From: Armatimonadota bacterium
GTDB taxonomy: Bacteria; Armatimonadota; UBA5829; DTLH01
DNA length: 64,000 nt
Direction: 5' to 3'
NCBI GenBank assembly: GCA_039679675.1
Contig: JBDKUN010000033.1
Location: 160,001-224,000 of the forward strand
The notes below the pieces were generated by a model. That model worked only from the letters and a program-made list of their open reading frames with translations, searched no databases and was not told where the DNA came from. The position numbers were made by a program, and so were the translations under genes. Position 1 is the first letter of the stretch; each line of letters starts with the position of its first letter. Positions 9,882-20,281 of this stretch are shown here, piece by piece.

Positions 9882-10424
9882 ATGTCTAGTTTAACAGTAT
9901 ATCTAGCCATACTCATGATGGGCTCCAACTTCTCGTCCACAGCTGCGGCGAAGGAGCCGGTACATCAGACCGTAAAGGTCCAGTCATCCATACAGCAGCC
10001 GTCTGACGTGCAGTTGACCGAAGAAGAGCAGCGGTTTATCGACCTCACCAATTCTGAACGGCTTCTTCGAGGCTTGAACGCGCTGAAGATGGATACTCAG
10101 CTTGTGGAAGTAGCAAGGGAGCACAGCAAAGAGATGGCCGATAAGAATTATTTCGACCATGTATCTCCGACGCCTGGTCTCAGGACGGCTGTAGACAGGT
10201 ATCTTGCTGTGGTAAAACAACGGCCGACTTGGGCTCTCGTTGGAGAGAACCTGTTTTACTGTTCAATCGTGGATGTGAACAGAGGACACACCTGCCTTAT
10301 GGAAAGCAAATCGCACCGCGACAACATCCTCAATCCGCGGTTTGAGCGGATGGGTGTCGGGGTTTATAAGTCTCCGGATGGACAGTTCTGGGTTACGGAG
10401 ATGTTTCTTTCGGTAGTCGATTGA
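9882..10424 (+). CDS. CAP/SCP-domain secreted protein
   Basis: LTNSER...L..D..L...AREHSKEM...NYFDH; GENL; HRDNIL...F..MGVG. GGAGGGG RBS before MSSL. Confidence 0.9.
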   Translation: MSSLTVYLAILMMGSNFSSTAAAKEPVHQTVKVQSSIQQPSDVQLTEEEQRFIDLTNSERLLRGLNALKMDTQLVEVAREHSKEMADKNYFDHVSPTPGLRTAVDRYLAVVKQRPTWALVGENLFYCSIVDVNRGHTCLMESKSHRDNILNPRFERMGVGVYKSPDGQFWVTEMFLSVVD

Positions 10425-10506
10425 CGCTGGTAAAAAAAACTGATAGAATGTGCGCAATGGGAGCAGACTGCATTAATTAATCAGGCTGCTCCCTTTTGGT
10501 ATGCCT

Positions 10507-11277
10507 ATGTTACTAGCAATCGATGTTGGAAATACAAATACGACGTTTGCCGTCTTCGATGGTGAGCTTCTAGAGGCGGATTGGCGCATCGGCACGGTCG
10601 CGCGGCGGACCGAAGATGAGTATCTGGTGCTTGTTTCAGAGCTCTTGGTGCATGATGGCTTGAAACCTGGCATGATCGACGGTATTATCATATCCAGCGT
10701 AGTACCGGCCACAGTTTTTCCCCTTGTAAGACTTGCTGCAAAGCTGTTCGGCATAAACGATCCATTAGTGCTTAATGCGGACAATGCCGGAGTGGATGTT
10801 CACTACAATCCCAGGTCGGATGTTGGTGCGGACAGGCTCGCAAATGCTGTTGCAGCTCATGCGCTCTACGGAGAGCCGGTGATAGTCGTCGATTTCGGCA
10901 CTGCGACCACTTTCGACGTTGTCGGAGCGGACGGCGCGTACCTGGGAGGTGCCATAGCCCCGGGGATAGAGACCTCACTCGAAGCTCTTGTGACCAAAGC
11001 CGCGCAGCTCAGGCGCGTTATGTATGTCAAGCCTCCTTCGGTTATAGGAACGAGCACGATAGAAAGCCTGCAATCGGGCGTTATCTATGGTTTTGCCGGC
11101 CAGGTGGACGGTATTGTGGAAAAGCTGCGCGAAGAGATCGGAAAAAACGCCCACGTCATCGCAACAGGCGGACTCGCTGCATTGATTGCCTCCGAAAGCA
11201 AGACTATAGAGGGTGTTGACCCGCTTCTTACGCTGAACGGTCTCAGGTTGATCTACGAACGGAGATCGCGGGGCTGA
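10507..11277 (+). CDS. coaX: Type III pantothenate kinase
   Basis: LLAIDVGNTNT, SSVVP, GADR, VVDFGTATTFD, GGAIAPG, ATGG, LTL.GL. Confidence 0.95.
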   Translation: MLLAIDVGNTNTTFAVFDGELLEADWRIGTVARRTEDEYLVLVSELLVHDGLKPGMIDGIIISSVVPATVFPLVRLAAKLFGINDPLVLNADNAGVDVHYNPRSDVGADRLANAVAAHALYGEPVIVVDFGTATTFDVVGADGAYLGGAIAPGIETSLEALVTKAAQLRRVMYVKPPSVIGTSTIESLQSGVIYGFAGQVDGIVEKLREEIGKNAHVIATGGLAALIASESKTIEGVDPLLTLNGLRLIYERRSRG

Positions 11278-11281
11278 TTAA

Positions 11282-12307
11282 GTGGAAGCTGTAAGACTTA
11301 GTGAAGTACCGGCAGCATTAGTCATAGGCGGTGTCGTAATAAATCCTCCGATTATCCTCGCACCGATGGCAGGGATCACCAACCATGCCTTCAGGATGAT
11401 GTGCAAGGAAGCCGGTAGCTGCGGGATGGTCACGACAGAGATGATCAGCGGGCATGCATTGAAGTTCGGCCATAAGAGAACGTGGAAGATGCTCGATTGG
11501 ACCGATGAAGAACGCCCTGTATCTGCTCAGGTCTTCGGTTCGATCCCGGATGTCGTGGCGGAAGGCGCGCGGATGCTCGCAGAGGCCGGAGCGGACATAA
11601 TCGAGATAAATATGGGCTGCCCCGCGCCAAAGGTCGTCAGATCAGGCTCAGGTTCTGCGCTCCTAAAAGATTTGAAGAAGGCTGAGGAGATGATCTCCTC
11701 CACCATAAAGGCGGTCGATATTCCCGTTATGGTGAAGACACGCAGCGGTTGGGATGAGAACACGGAAACGGCTGTCACGGTTGCTAAAATGGTTGAGGAC
11801 CATGGCGGGGCAGGGATCACGGTACATGGCCGGACTGCTGTCCAGAAATTCACCGGAAGCGCCGACTGGGACATCATAAGAAAGGTAAAAGAAGCCGTTT
11901 CGATCCCTGTCATAGGGAACGGCGACATCAAGGCACCGGAGGACGTCAGGCGGATGTTTGACGAGACCGGCTGTGATGGTGTTATGATAGCTAGGGCGGC
12001 TGTCGGAAACCCATGGCTTTTTTCGAGAGCGCATGCGTATCTAATAGAGGGGGTTGTGCCTCCAGATCCGGGATACCTTGCCAGAATAGATGCATCCAGA
12101 AGGCACGCGAGACTTCTGGTGAAGGCTGTCGGGGAGCATCGCGGCAGCCAGGAGATGCGCGGGCACATAGCTCTCTATATTAAAGGAACGCCCGGCTCGG
12201 CAAAGATTCGAGCCAGGATCATGACAACGAATAATTTGGAAGAAATAGAAGAAGTATTAGATGAAGCGAGTAGTCAGTGTAAGCCTGGGTTCGACCAGCG
12301 GAGATAA
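11282..12307 (+). CDS. dusB: tRNA-dihydrouridine synthase
   Basis: [46 protein letters not shown]. Usual position after coaX. Confidence 0.93.
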   Translation: MEAVRLSEVPAALVIGGVVINPPIILAPMAGITNHAFRMMCKEAGSCGMVTTEMISGHALKFGHKRTWKMLDWTDEERPVSAQVFGSIPDVVAEGARMLAEAGADIIEINMGCPAPKVVRSGSGSALLKDLKKAEEMISSTIKAVDIPVMVKTRSGWDENTETAVTVAKMVEDHGGAGITVHGRTAVQKFTGSADWDIIRKVKEAVSIPVIGNGDIKAPEDVRRMFDETGCDGVMIARAAVGNPWLFSRAHAYLIEGVVPPDPGYLARIDASRRHARLLVKAVGEHRGSQEMRGHIALYIKGTPGSAKIRARIMTTNNLEEIEEVLDEASSQCKPGFDQRR

Positions 12308-13178
12308 AAAAGTAACCACAACCCTTCTTGGAGAAGAATTTGAGATTTCCCGTGTAGGAACGAACGGCGATATGAAACGTTTCGCTGAGTTGATGCGGGA
12401 ATATGACGGAAATGTCGATGCAATCGGCCTCGGAGGAATCGATCGGTATCTTGTTGCTAATAATAAAAAATATGTCGTAAGAGATGCCGAACGCCTTGCG
12501 AGATACGCTGTAAAGACTCCTGTGGTAGACGGAAGCGGGATCAAAAACACGCTGGAACGAGAGACTATGGAGTGGCTGCAGCGCGAGGGCATAATCGATT
12601 TCTCGACAAAAAATGTCCTGGTAGTCTCTGCTGTTGACCGTTTCGGTATGGGTGAGGTAATAGGCAGGCTCGCAAAAAAGGTCATATTTGGTGACCTGAT
12701 GTTTGCCGTCGGCATACCGATACCGATCAAAAGTTGGGCAGGACTCAAACTTCTGGGCACGATCTTCCTGCCGCTCATCGTGCGGCTGCCGTTTCAGTGG
12801 CTTTATCCGACGGGTTCGAAGCAGGACAAGATCACGCCGAAGTATGAGAAATATTTCAGATGGGCGGATATTATAGCCGGTGATTATAAGCTGATAGGCC
12901 GGTATATGCCTCCGCCGGAGTCCGGGGCACTAAAGGGAAAGACTGTTATTACGAATACTCTGACATCAAGCGACGTCGAGAACCTGAAGGAACGGGGAGT
13001 CGATACTCTCGTCACATCGACGAAGGAGTTCGACGGACGCACCTTTGCGACGAATGTAGTTGAAGGCATAATTATCGCAATATCGGGCAAACGCCCGGAA
13101 GATATGACGCCGGACGATTACCTCGATACGCTGAAAAAACTCGACTGGAAGCCGACAGTCAGGAAACTGGGACAATAA
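12261..13178 (+). CDS. Conserved uncharacterised protein (family often auto-annotated 'quinate 5-dehydrogenase')
   Basis: [57 protein letters not shown]. Family recognised from memory; function not established. Confidence 0.75.
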   Translation: MKRVVSVSLGSTSGDKKVTTTLLGEEFEISRVGTNGDMKRFAELMREYDGNVDAIGLGGIDRYLVANNKKYVVRDAERLARYAVKTPVVDGSGIKNTLERETMEWLQREGIIDFSTKNVLVVSAVDRFGMGEVIGRLAKKVIFGDLMFAVGIPIPIKSWAGLKLLGTIFLPLIVRLPFQWLYPTGSKQDKITPKYEKYFRWADIIAGDYKLIGRYMPPPESGALKGKTVITNTLTSSDVENLKERGVDTLVTSTKEFDGRTFATNVVEGIIIAISGKRPEDMTPDDYLDTLKKLDWKPTVRKLGQ

Positions 13179-14270
13179 ATGGAAAAATTTGGATTTATCA
13201 TCCATCCACTCGACGCAAAGCGGGATGTCGCAAGAAAATACCCGATTGCCAAGTATCTCCCTGAGAGTTGGATCGAATGGGGGATGGCAAGGAAAAAACC
13301 CATGGAGGTCTCTCATGTAACCGGAATTCGCTCGAAGACCGGAGTAGAGGCCGAAGGGTGGCTGGTCGGTTGCCCGCTTACGCCAAAGCAGATGCTGGAA
13401 CTGCCGGTGGATTTTGTATACAGCAGAATTATCGGTGCGGCAAAGGTCGCGCAGGAACTCGGTGCTAAGATCGTAGGACTTGGAGCGTTTACATCGGTTG
13501 TCGGAGACGGTGGAAAGACTATAGCAGAGAATGTCGATATTGCCGTCACGACCGGAAACAGCTATACAATTGCAACTGCAATAGAGGGTGCGCTCAGAGC
13601 CGCTGCACTGATGGATATCGACCCGGATAAGGCATTGGTCGCGGTAGTTGGAGCTGCTGGGGCTATCGGTCGAACATGTGCGGAGATAATGTCGCAAAGG
13701 ACCGCGAAACTGTCACTTGTAGGACGTTCGGAGACCCCCCTTCAGAATATGGCTGAAGAGCTTCGGCCAAAAAGCAAAGCGGAGATAATCGTTTCGACTG
13801 ACGTGGAGAAAGGAATACGCGACGCGGACATAGTGATAGCTGTGTCGAGCGCGGTCGATGCGATAATTCATCCTCAGCATATCAAGCCGGGAGCTGTTGT
13901 TTGCGATGTCGCGCGCCCCAGAGATGTTTCCAAGCGAGTAATAGAGGAACGCGATGATGTTCTGGTGATAGAAGGCGGCGTAATCGCGGTTCCCGGTGAT
14001 GTGGATTTCCGGTTCAACTTCGGATTTCCTCCGAAGACTGCGTATGCCTGCATGTCTGAGACAATGATGCTGGCCTTAGACGGCCGTTACGAGAACTTTA
14101 CGCTCGGTAAAGAAGTAAGCGTCCGGCAGGTGGAAGAGATCTCAGCGATAGGCGCAAAACACGGGTTCGATCTGGCCGGGTTCAGGAGCTTCGAGAAAGC
14201 CGTGACCGACGAGCAGATAGATGCAACCCGCAAAGCCGCGAAACGCAAACTGGCAGCAACAAAGGCGTAA
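13179..14270 (+). CDS. NAD(P)-dependent reductase resembling cyanobacterial acyl-ACP reductase (often labelled shikimate/amino-acid dehydrogenase)
   Basis: FGFIIHP, VGLGAFTSVV, TTGNSYT, Rossmann GAAGAIG, DVARP, AYACMSETM with the Cys matching the AAR catalytic ACxxE motif. Confidence 0.75.
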   Translation: MEKFGFIIHPLDAKRDVARKYPIAKYLPESWIEWGMARKKPMEVSHVTGIRSKTGVEAEGWLVGCPLTPKQMLELPVDFVYSRIIGAAKVAQELGAKIVGLGAFTSVVGDGGKTIAENVDIAVTTGNSYTIATAIEGALRAAALMDIDPDKALVAVVGAAGAIGRTCAEIMSQRTAKLSLVGRSETPLQNMAEELRPKSKAEIIVSTDVEKGIRDADIVIAVSSAVDAIIHPQHIKPGAVVCDVARPRDVSKRVIEERDDVLVIEGGVIAVPGDVDFRFNFGFPPKTAYACMSETMMLALDGRYENFTLGKEVSVRQVEEISAIGAKHGFDLAGFRSFEKAVTDEQIDATRKAAKRKLAATKA

Positions 14271-14310
14271 AGTAGGGAACAGAAATCTAGTGGCCGGGCT
14301 CTGTCCAACC

Positions 14311-14364
14311 CCGTGGACCTACTGGACCACGGGGGTATTAACCGTGGACCTACTGGACCACGGG
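14311..14364. repeat. Tandem 23-nt direct repeat, each unit a hairpin
   Basis: CCGTGGACCTACTGGACCACGGG at 14311-14333 and 14342-14364; CCGTGG pairs with CCACGG within each unit. Confidence 0.9.
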
Positions 14365-14518
14365 AGGCCATCGGATCTGCAATAGCCGGACTCTACCCAT
14401 GATTGCTACTAGTTTAGGCGTAAAACCAACAGATACAGCATTATCAATGACTGGTTATGTATCAGTAAGATTGTTACATCATTACTCGAAACTCTTTAGG
14501 GAATGAGGGTATATTACA

Positions 14519-16594
14519 ATGAAGGCAATCATCCTTGCTGTTGTCATTATTCTGCTTCCTTGTGTCATGTGGGCAGCTAAAATCTCCGTAGATGCCAACA
14601 CACAAAAGACAACTCCTTCTACAAACGAACTGCTAGATGAACGACTTGCAAAATGCATAACTTACACAGCTATTGGAAAGCGACTGCACACGGTATTGGA
14701 GGAAATCAGTGCACAGACTGGCGTTATAATCAACTGCGGAAGCAGTAAAGACGATTGGAAGGTGCGAGACCTGCCAATTGTCGTATGTGTAAAGGATTTG
14801 CCTCTTGAAAAGTTGCTCCGCGGGATTGCCGATTGCTGCCATCTGCAATTCACATCATCAAAAATCGAAGGTGTCAGACGGTATAGAATATTACGGGGGC
14901 CCGTACGCGAAAAGGCAATCACCGATTACCTGCTCAAACGTGATGGGTATCAAGATACCAGGACCAACTATGAATGGGACACCTTGGTAATGCTGGGCTC
15001 GATGTCGGATTGCGACATTAAGGTGGACCCAGCTGAGTTCAAGAAAAAGACTGGGTCTGATTTCACACAAATAATGGATCTTGCCAGGATCATGGCTTCC
15101 TTACCCGCTGATGCGAAGCAGCGGATTCTCGCAGGGGAGCGCATTACGATAAAAGCACAGAACCTGCCTGCAAAACTGGCCACATCTCTGCGGAACTTTT
15201 ACCGGGATGCATGGGATAAAGACCAGAAATCACAAGCAGGTATGACTAGCTTTGAACCGAAACCGGTCTCGGAATCGGACCTTCAGAACGTCAAGCTCAC
15301 TTTTTCTGCAACTGAGGGCGAATACAAGTCTATCTCTAAAGTCCTGGAAACTTCGACCGGGATTTTTGCCAATACGCTTGCGATTGGTATTCCTCTTGAT
15401 GACCTGAGTAGAATAATCCCGAACTGTCCAAAACCACCTCAGCTTCCGCAGATGCCTAAGTACGATTGTGCAAAAAGTATGATTTGTCTTGAAGACGCAC
15501 GCAAGACGGGTGTAGAGCTGAAAAAGAGTATCAAGATAAAAAAGCCTGATGTTAAACGGGAAATTATTTTCTCGGACTGTGTTGCTGCAGTATCTGATAC
15601 TTCGGGATACTCAATAATATGCGAGGATTTTGACAGTTACCAAAGCCAGGGGACGGAAGATTTCGACATCTTCGATAGGAAGTATTCTCTTGATTATGTG
15701 CTATCAAACTTGAGTTCGCATACTGATTGGATGATAGATAAAGACAGCAAAATGCTGGTCGGTATGGCAAAGTATTGGTGTGATAGGCATGACCGTCTTG
15801 TTGCAGAAAGCCTAATTGAATATCTTTTATACAAACTGAATACTGAAGGAGTGGAACTCGATGATGCCGTTGCAATCAAAGAGCAGCTTACATCGGGACA
15901 ATATTCCGACTGGATTCAGGACAATCGAGAACTGAGGATGTTAGCTTGGTATTTGATGGCGGACAAAGAACCGTTCTGGAAGCTTTATAGCTCACTTTCC
16001 GACTATGACAAGAACCGGGCGAATTCAATGAGTGGTTTACCGCTGGCAGACTTTGACCCCTGGTATCTTGCCAGCATCTTCAAGGAAAGTGCCGATGGTG
16101 AGAGAAAAATCGTTATGCGATCAGATAATCCATTGCGGGAAATACTCTCTGCTGTTAAAAATAAGCTGGAAATGCAGGAGTGTCTCCGGGAATGGCTTCT
16201 GCAGACATATCCGGAGATTGCTGAGTCCGGTGTACAGGGCGCGGGAATCGATCTGGATCAGTTAGTAACCGAAATGAAGGAAGCGTTTCCCGGGATTGCC
16301 AAAGATGCATTCACTATACCCACGGATCCAGCGGTCATCATTACATTAACCTTACGCGTGCAGCAGATCAATCCTAAACCTTTGGTTAGTACCAACGAGA
16401 CTAAGAATGAAGTAGGGAATACTCATTGGGATAATGCCGAGAACGGAATCAGCAAACACCGATATAGAATGTCGATTGAAGGACCAGGAATAAGCCTGGA
16501 AATAGCCGGACCGAACCTGAGTTTCCCTATCTATTCCCAAAAGCGAGAAGAAGAGATTCTGCAGAAATTGCAAAACAAAAATGAGACGCAGTAA
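14519..16594 (+). CDS. Hypothetical secreted protein (possible STN-like N-terminal domain)
   Basis: 691-aa ORF with signal peptide; L..VLEEISAQTGV...VKDLPLEKLL pattern. Confidence 0.65.
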   Translation: MKAIILAVVIILLPCVMWAAKISVDANTQKTTPSTNELLDERLAKCITYTAIGKRLHTVLEEISAQTGVIINCGSSKDDWKVRDLPIVVCVKDLPLEKLLRGIADCCHLQFTSSKIEGVRRYRILRGPVREKAITDYLLKRDGYQDTRTNYEWDTLVMLGSMSDCDIKVDPAEFKKKTGSDFTQIMDLARIMASLPADAKQRILAGERITIKAQNLPAKLATSLRNFYRDAWDKDQKSQAGMTSFEPKPVSESDLQNVKLTFSATEGEYKSISKVLETSTGIFANTLAIGIPLDDLSRIIPNCPKPPQLPQMPKYDCAKSMICLEDARKTGVELKKSIKIKKPDVKREIIFSDCVAAVSDTSGYSIICEDFDSYQSQGTEDFDIFDRKYSLDYVLSNLSSHTDWMIDKDSKMLVGMAKYWCDRHDRLVAESLIEYLLYKLNTEGVELDDAVAIKEQLTSGQYSDWIQDNRELRMLAWYLMADKEPFWKLYSSLSDYDKNRANSMSGLPLADFDPWYLASIFKESADGERKIVMRSDNPLREILSAVKNKLEMQECLREWLLQTYPEIAESGVQGAGIDLDQLVTEMKEAFPGIAKDAFTIPTDPAVIITLTLRVQQINPKPLVSTNETKNEVGNTHWDNAENGISKHRYRMSIEGPGISLEIAGPNLSFPIYSQKREEEILQKLQNKNETQ

Positions 16595-16675
16595 TAGTAC
16601 CTTATTAAGCTGGAATGTATCTGTAACAGTTCAGTCTTGTGAAAATTATATCATCATCCCCAATAACCAACACAA

Positions 16676-17167
16676 TCACGGTGATTTACATGTTCGCTTC
16701 ACTTGGCCATCTAAGTAGAAGACCCACCAATGGCTATCCCGGTAGCACTTCTCGAATAGAACAGCAGTATGCCGCCGTTCTTTTTCTGGAATATCCTGCA
16801 AATATCGTCCACTAAGTGATGGATTGATCTCATAGCTTACAGTGTCATGAGATTGGTCAGATGGACACTTGAGATAACTAATAATATTCTCTTCTTCTAC
16901 CTGCATTCGCCGATAATCGTTTAGCGCCGCCACCCATCGTGGGCATGACCTTTTTTTATCCCAGCCAAGTGGAGGCATCAGCCCGTCGTTGTCTTCCACA
17001 TAAGCAATCAGGGCTCTACCGAGAAGCTCTATGTTGTTTTTACACATAGATGATTTTACAACAGATACAGTAGTCCGCGTAGCTAATGTGATCATATAAA
17101 AAGCCACACAAGCAACAAACACTGCAATGATGCCCAGTTTTCCCCATACATTAGATCGTGTAACCAT
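16676..17167 (-). CDS. Small membrane-anchored DUF1559/prepilin-like protein
   Basis: TM helix, then C.NNIELLGRALIAY.ED.DG.MP, LKCPSD, SYEIN, and C-terminal FYLDGQV. Confidence 0.6.
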   Translation of the reverse strand: MVTRSNVWGKLGIIAVFVACVAFYMITLATRTTVSVVKSSMCKNNIELLGRALIAYVEDNDGLMPPLGWDKKRSCPRWVAALNDYRRMQVEEENIISYLKCPSDQSHDTVSYEINPSLSGRYLQDIPEKERRHTAVLFEKCYRDSHWWVFYLDGQVKRTCKSP

Positions 17168-17253
17168 AGCTTAAACCCTAATCTATATATTGACCCTAAT
17201 CTAGTTCCAGAATAAAGTAGTATCAGCTTTCAGTAAATACGTCACTCTGAACT

Positions 17254-17892
17254 TTATTCAGAGTCTGCGCCGTTTCCGATGCCTTGCTTCGTCATATGGC
17301 AGGTGTCGTTCAGCGAAACCAATAGCGGGCGGTTATTTGTTATATCGAGAACAGTGATCCCGCCGTTATCAAGGCGGACGCAGCGGTATAGTTCAGGGCC
17401 GAGCCTGAACGCAGCGGCAAGAATCCCTCTCACAGAGCCACCATGACAGGCTACAGCCAGGCTGCTGTTGGGATGCTTCTCTATTACCTCGTCCAGGAAC
17501 TGACGGCAGCGGGCAATGACATCTTCCAGCCGCTCAGCCCCCGGCGGGCGGTTAGTGATGGAGTCGCGTGAATACGCCTCATATTCCTTCGGAAACTTCT
17601 CCGCCACTTCGCGGAGCGTAAGCCCCTGCCATTCGCCGAGACAGGCTTCCCTGAGGAGTGGTGTAGTGATTACAGGCACGCCATGAAGCGAGGCTATAGC
17701 TTCTCCGGTCACAGATGCACGCTTCAGATCGCTTGAATACACTAAATCTATCTTCTCGTTTTGAAGGCGTTTTGCGGCAAGCTGCGCTTGTTCCAACCCA
17801 GTTTCAGTCAGTTCTACATCTGTATGTCCCTGAATTTTGCCTCCCGCGTTCCATGCTGTTTCGCCATGTCTTATTATAAAAAACCGTACCAT
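17254..17892 (-). CDS. Histidine phosphatase (phosphoglycerate mutase/CobC/PspA-like)
   Basis: IIRHGETAWN, YSSDLKRA, LRE..GEWQG, CHGG, LNDTCH. Confidence 0.93.
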   Translation of the reverse strand: MVRFFIIRHGETAWNAGGKIQGHTDVELTETGLEQAQLAAKRLQNEKIDLVYSSDLKRASVTGEAIASLHGVPVITTPLLREACLGEWQGLTLREVAEKFPKEYEAYSRDSITNRPPGAERLEDVIARCRQFLDEVIEKHPNSSLAVACHGGSVRGILAAAFRLGPELYRCVRLDNGGITVLDITNNRPLLVSLNDTCHMTKQGIGNGADSE

Positions 17893-17928
17893 ACTTCTCC
17901 TAAAGAACTTGAATTAACCCATCCAATT

Positions 17929-18987
17929 TTACAGTTTAATCTTACCTAACTCTACGCCGTCTGGCCGGACCTGCATATAGCCGAATTGCACTATACGGAC
18001 AGGTGTAACGGTAGTGGCCGGTGTTATGACGGCTATATGCCTCTGCTTGAAGTCTATCGCTTCTATTATACCGAGGTTGATGATATTGTTGTTCGCGTCC
18101 GCAAGGCCGACAAGGAGGTTTGTGAAGTCCGAGCCGCATACGACCGTGAAGTCCCTTGTTCCGTACCGCTTCATCAATGCTTCCACGCCACTAGCCGCAG
18201 GTCTGCGGTCAGCAACTATATACATTCCTTTATCCACTACTTCTGCGTGGAGCACCCTAGCCTTCAAATCCTTTTCGAGTATGCGAAAGTGCTGCCATTT
18301 GACAGGCCGGCCCATGGTGAAGTACGTGTTGGCGCACACAATATCATCCAGCCGGATGAAATGGCGGTTGGAGTTCTGAAAATATTCGTGAAACTGAGCT
18401 TGACGCCTGGCTGTGCGGAACTCTTTTTGTTTAGTCCTAACTTCCGAAGACACAGGGAGTTTGTAGACGTTATATTTATCTATCCTGGACAGGACGGATA
18501 GAATGGGGTCAAGTTCCCTGGATTTTGCCAGCCCAACTATATAAAGCGGTGAAATCAGATCGATCTTGTACAGCTTGAGGTCTCGTCCGATGGATCCCTT
18601 AACGAGTCCTGATGTGTCTACTACGATAAGATCTGCGCTTCTGGCCGCTGCTTCATCCACCATTCGCCCGGTTCCAACTACAGTAGGCAGCATGTGGCCT
18701 ACAGGTGTTGTGGAACCAGTAAAATACATCCGGCGAGGACGAAGAGCCTTGAACGATTCAGGAAGACGGTCGATTGTTGCCATACTGATCGCGCCTGGCG
18801 GCCCGATCTCAGACTGCCCCGTGTCGGCGTCGACAATGGCTGTAGAAAGCCCTGCTTCGACTCCTCTTTCGATGAGCTGCCTTGCAAGAGTTGTCTTCCC
18901 TGTGTCTGTGTCTCCGATAATCACAATCACACCGGGATGCTCAACAATGCCGTCTATGATATTCTGCCGGTCAAGATTACTTTCCAC
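17929..18987 (-). CDS. Clp1/Grc3-family polynucleotide 5'-hydroxyl kinase
   Basis: Walker A GDTDTGKTT; family motif DADTGQSEIGPPG; VDTSG; R..RR...F.EYF clasp; C-terminal LVGL...LGII..IDF. Confidence 0.85.
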   Translation of the reverse strand: MESNLDRQNIIDGIVEHPGVIVIIGDTDTGKTTLARQLIERGVEAGLSTAIVDADTGQSEIGPPGAISMATIDRLPESFKALRPRRMYFTGSTTPVGHMLPTVVGTGRMVDEAAARSADLIVVDTSGLVKGSIGRDLKLYKIDLISPLYIVGLAKSRELDPILSVLSRIDKYNVYKLPVSSEVRTKQKEFRTARRQAQFHEYFQNSNRHFIRLDDIVCANTYFTMGRPVKWQHFRILEKDLKARVLHAEVVDKGMYIVADRRPAASGVEALMKRYGTRDFTVVCGSDFTNLLVGLADANNNIINLGIIEAIDFKQRHIAVITPATTVTPVRIVQFGYMQVRPDGVELGKIKL

Positions 18988-19267
18988 AACGATTGCTTCA
19001 TCTGTCGAAGGTGGAATTCCTGCATTCTTTGCCTGATGGTGAGTGGAATGGAATCAAATATGTCTATTTATAAAAAATGAGGGTAATGCAAGCCGTTTTG
19101 TGCCGTCCAGACATTATTGTGCTTGACAGCTACTGACGTTATATGTTTAAAATAGCGTCAGTTATCTAAGTTGTATCACAGGAACACCAGCGATTGCTTT
19201 GTCGTCCACAATAAAGCAGCATATATGGCGGTTTGGTATGCACTTATTTTCCAACGGAGGAAGAACC

Positions 19268-20281
19268 ATGAAAGTATTAAGAACCATCAAGACGGCTAAG
19301 AACGTATCATTCGTGAGAAGTATGATTAATGCAGGTTTGGTAGTTTGTCTGGTAGCTGTAGCATTTTCTTTGGCTGGCTGTGGCGGCTCTTCTTCAAGCT
19401 CCAGCTCGGAATATGGTCGAATAACAGGTAAGGTAGTACCAACACAGACGATCCAGAGTATGGCAAGTACTACTTCGACGGTTATGCTCGAAGGAACGGA
19501 TATGTCGGTCGAAGCTGAAGTCGGCCAGAATTTTACGATAGACAATGTTCCTGTTGGAACGTACAACATCATCGCCAGAACAACAGGTATGGCAAAAAGC
19601 ATGTCCGTAAAAGTCGAAAAGGGCAAAACTGCCTCGATAGGGGAAATCAAGCTTGTACCTGTTGCGAAGATAAGCGGTAGGATAACGGATTCAGCGTCTG
19701 ATGCGCCTATTGCTGATGCCATCGTTACAGCAGAGATGACAACAACATCAGAGACAGCGGGGCTTCCGGCCACATGGGTTACCACAACTGATTCCGACGG
19801 CAAATATAGTATCAATGATCTACCTGCAGGCAGCTATTGCCTGGACATTACTAAAAACGGCTATAAAAGCGTGATAAAGCAGTTCCAGTCGGTAACTAGT
19901 GATGTTACCTGCAACGAGTCGCTTGCGCTGATATACCCCTTAGGCCAGGGCAAGATAACAGGTGCAGTTTACTATAAGACAACAAGTGGAACTCTACAGC
20001 CTGTTAGTGGTGTAAAGGTAACTCTGTACCAGGCGAACGGCACAGTCTCAAAAGCCGCGAACGCCGATGTCTCCGGCTCACGTGCTACTAATGAATGGAA
20101 CCATACCCGCACGAAAGCCGATGGTACTTTTGAGTTGAGCGGAGTGCCTTTCAGCAGCTATACACTTGTGACAGGCCCGCTTGGGAAAACCAGCTACTCA
20201 GACTCTGTGAACCCGACATCCAGCAAACCATTGGAGTATTACTACACATTTAAGCCAGCAGACCTGCTCCTGGCTCAGTAA
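19268..20281 (+). CDS. Lipoprotein with tandem carboxypeptidase-regulatory-like (transthyretin-like) domains
   Basis: Lipobox LAGC followed by GGSSSSSSS; repeats of G.ITG.V...P+..A.V...TTD.DG.Y....LP.G.Y. Confidence 0.8.
   Translation: MKVLRTIKTAKNVSFVRSMINAGLVVCLVAVAFSLAGCGGSSSSSSSEYGRITGKVVPTQTIQSMASTTSTVMLEGTDMSVEAEVGQNFTIDNVPVGTYNIIARTTGMAKSMSVKVEKGKTASIGEIKLVPVAKISGRITDSASDAPIADAIVTAEMTTTSETAGLPATWVTTTDSDGKYSINDLPAGSYCLDITKNGYKSVIKQFQSVTSDVTCNESLALIYPLGQGKITGAVYYKTTSGTLQPVSGVKVTLYQANGTVSKAANADVSGSRATNEWNHTRTKADGTFELSGVPFSSYTLVTGPLGKTSYSDSVNPTSSKPLEYYYTFKPADLLLAQ

Noticed and set aside
14311..14364. Possible mini-CRISPR array
   Set aside because: Only two 23-nt units with an 8-nt gap; no spacer-length sequence and no cas genes.
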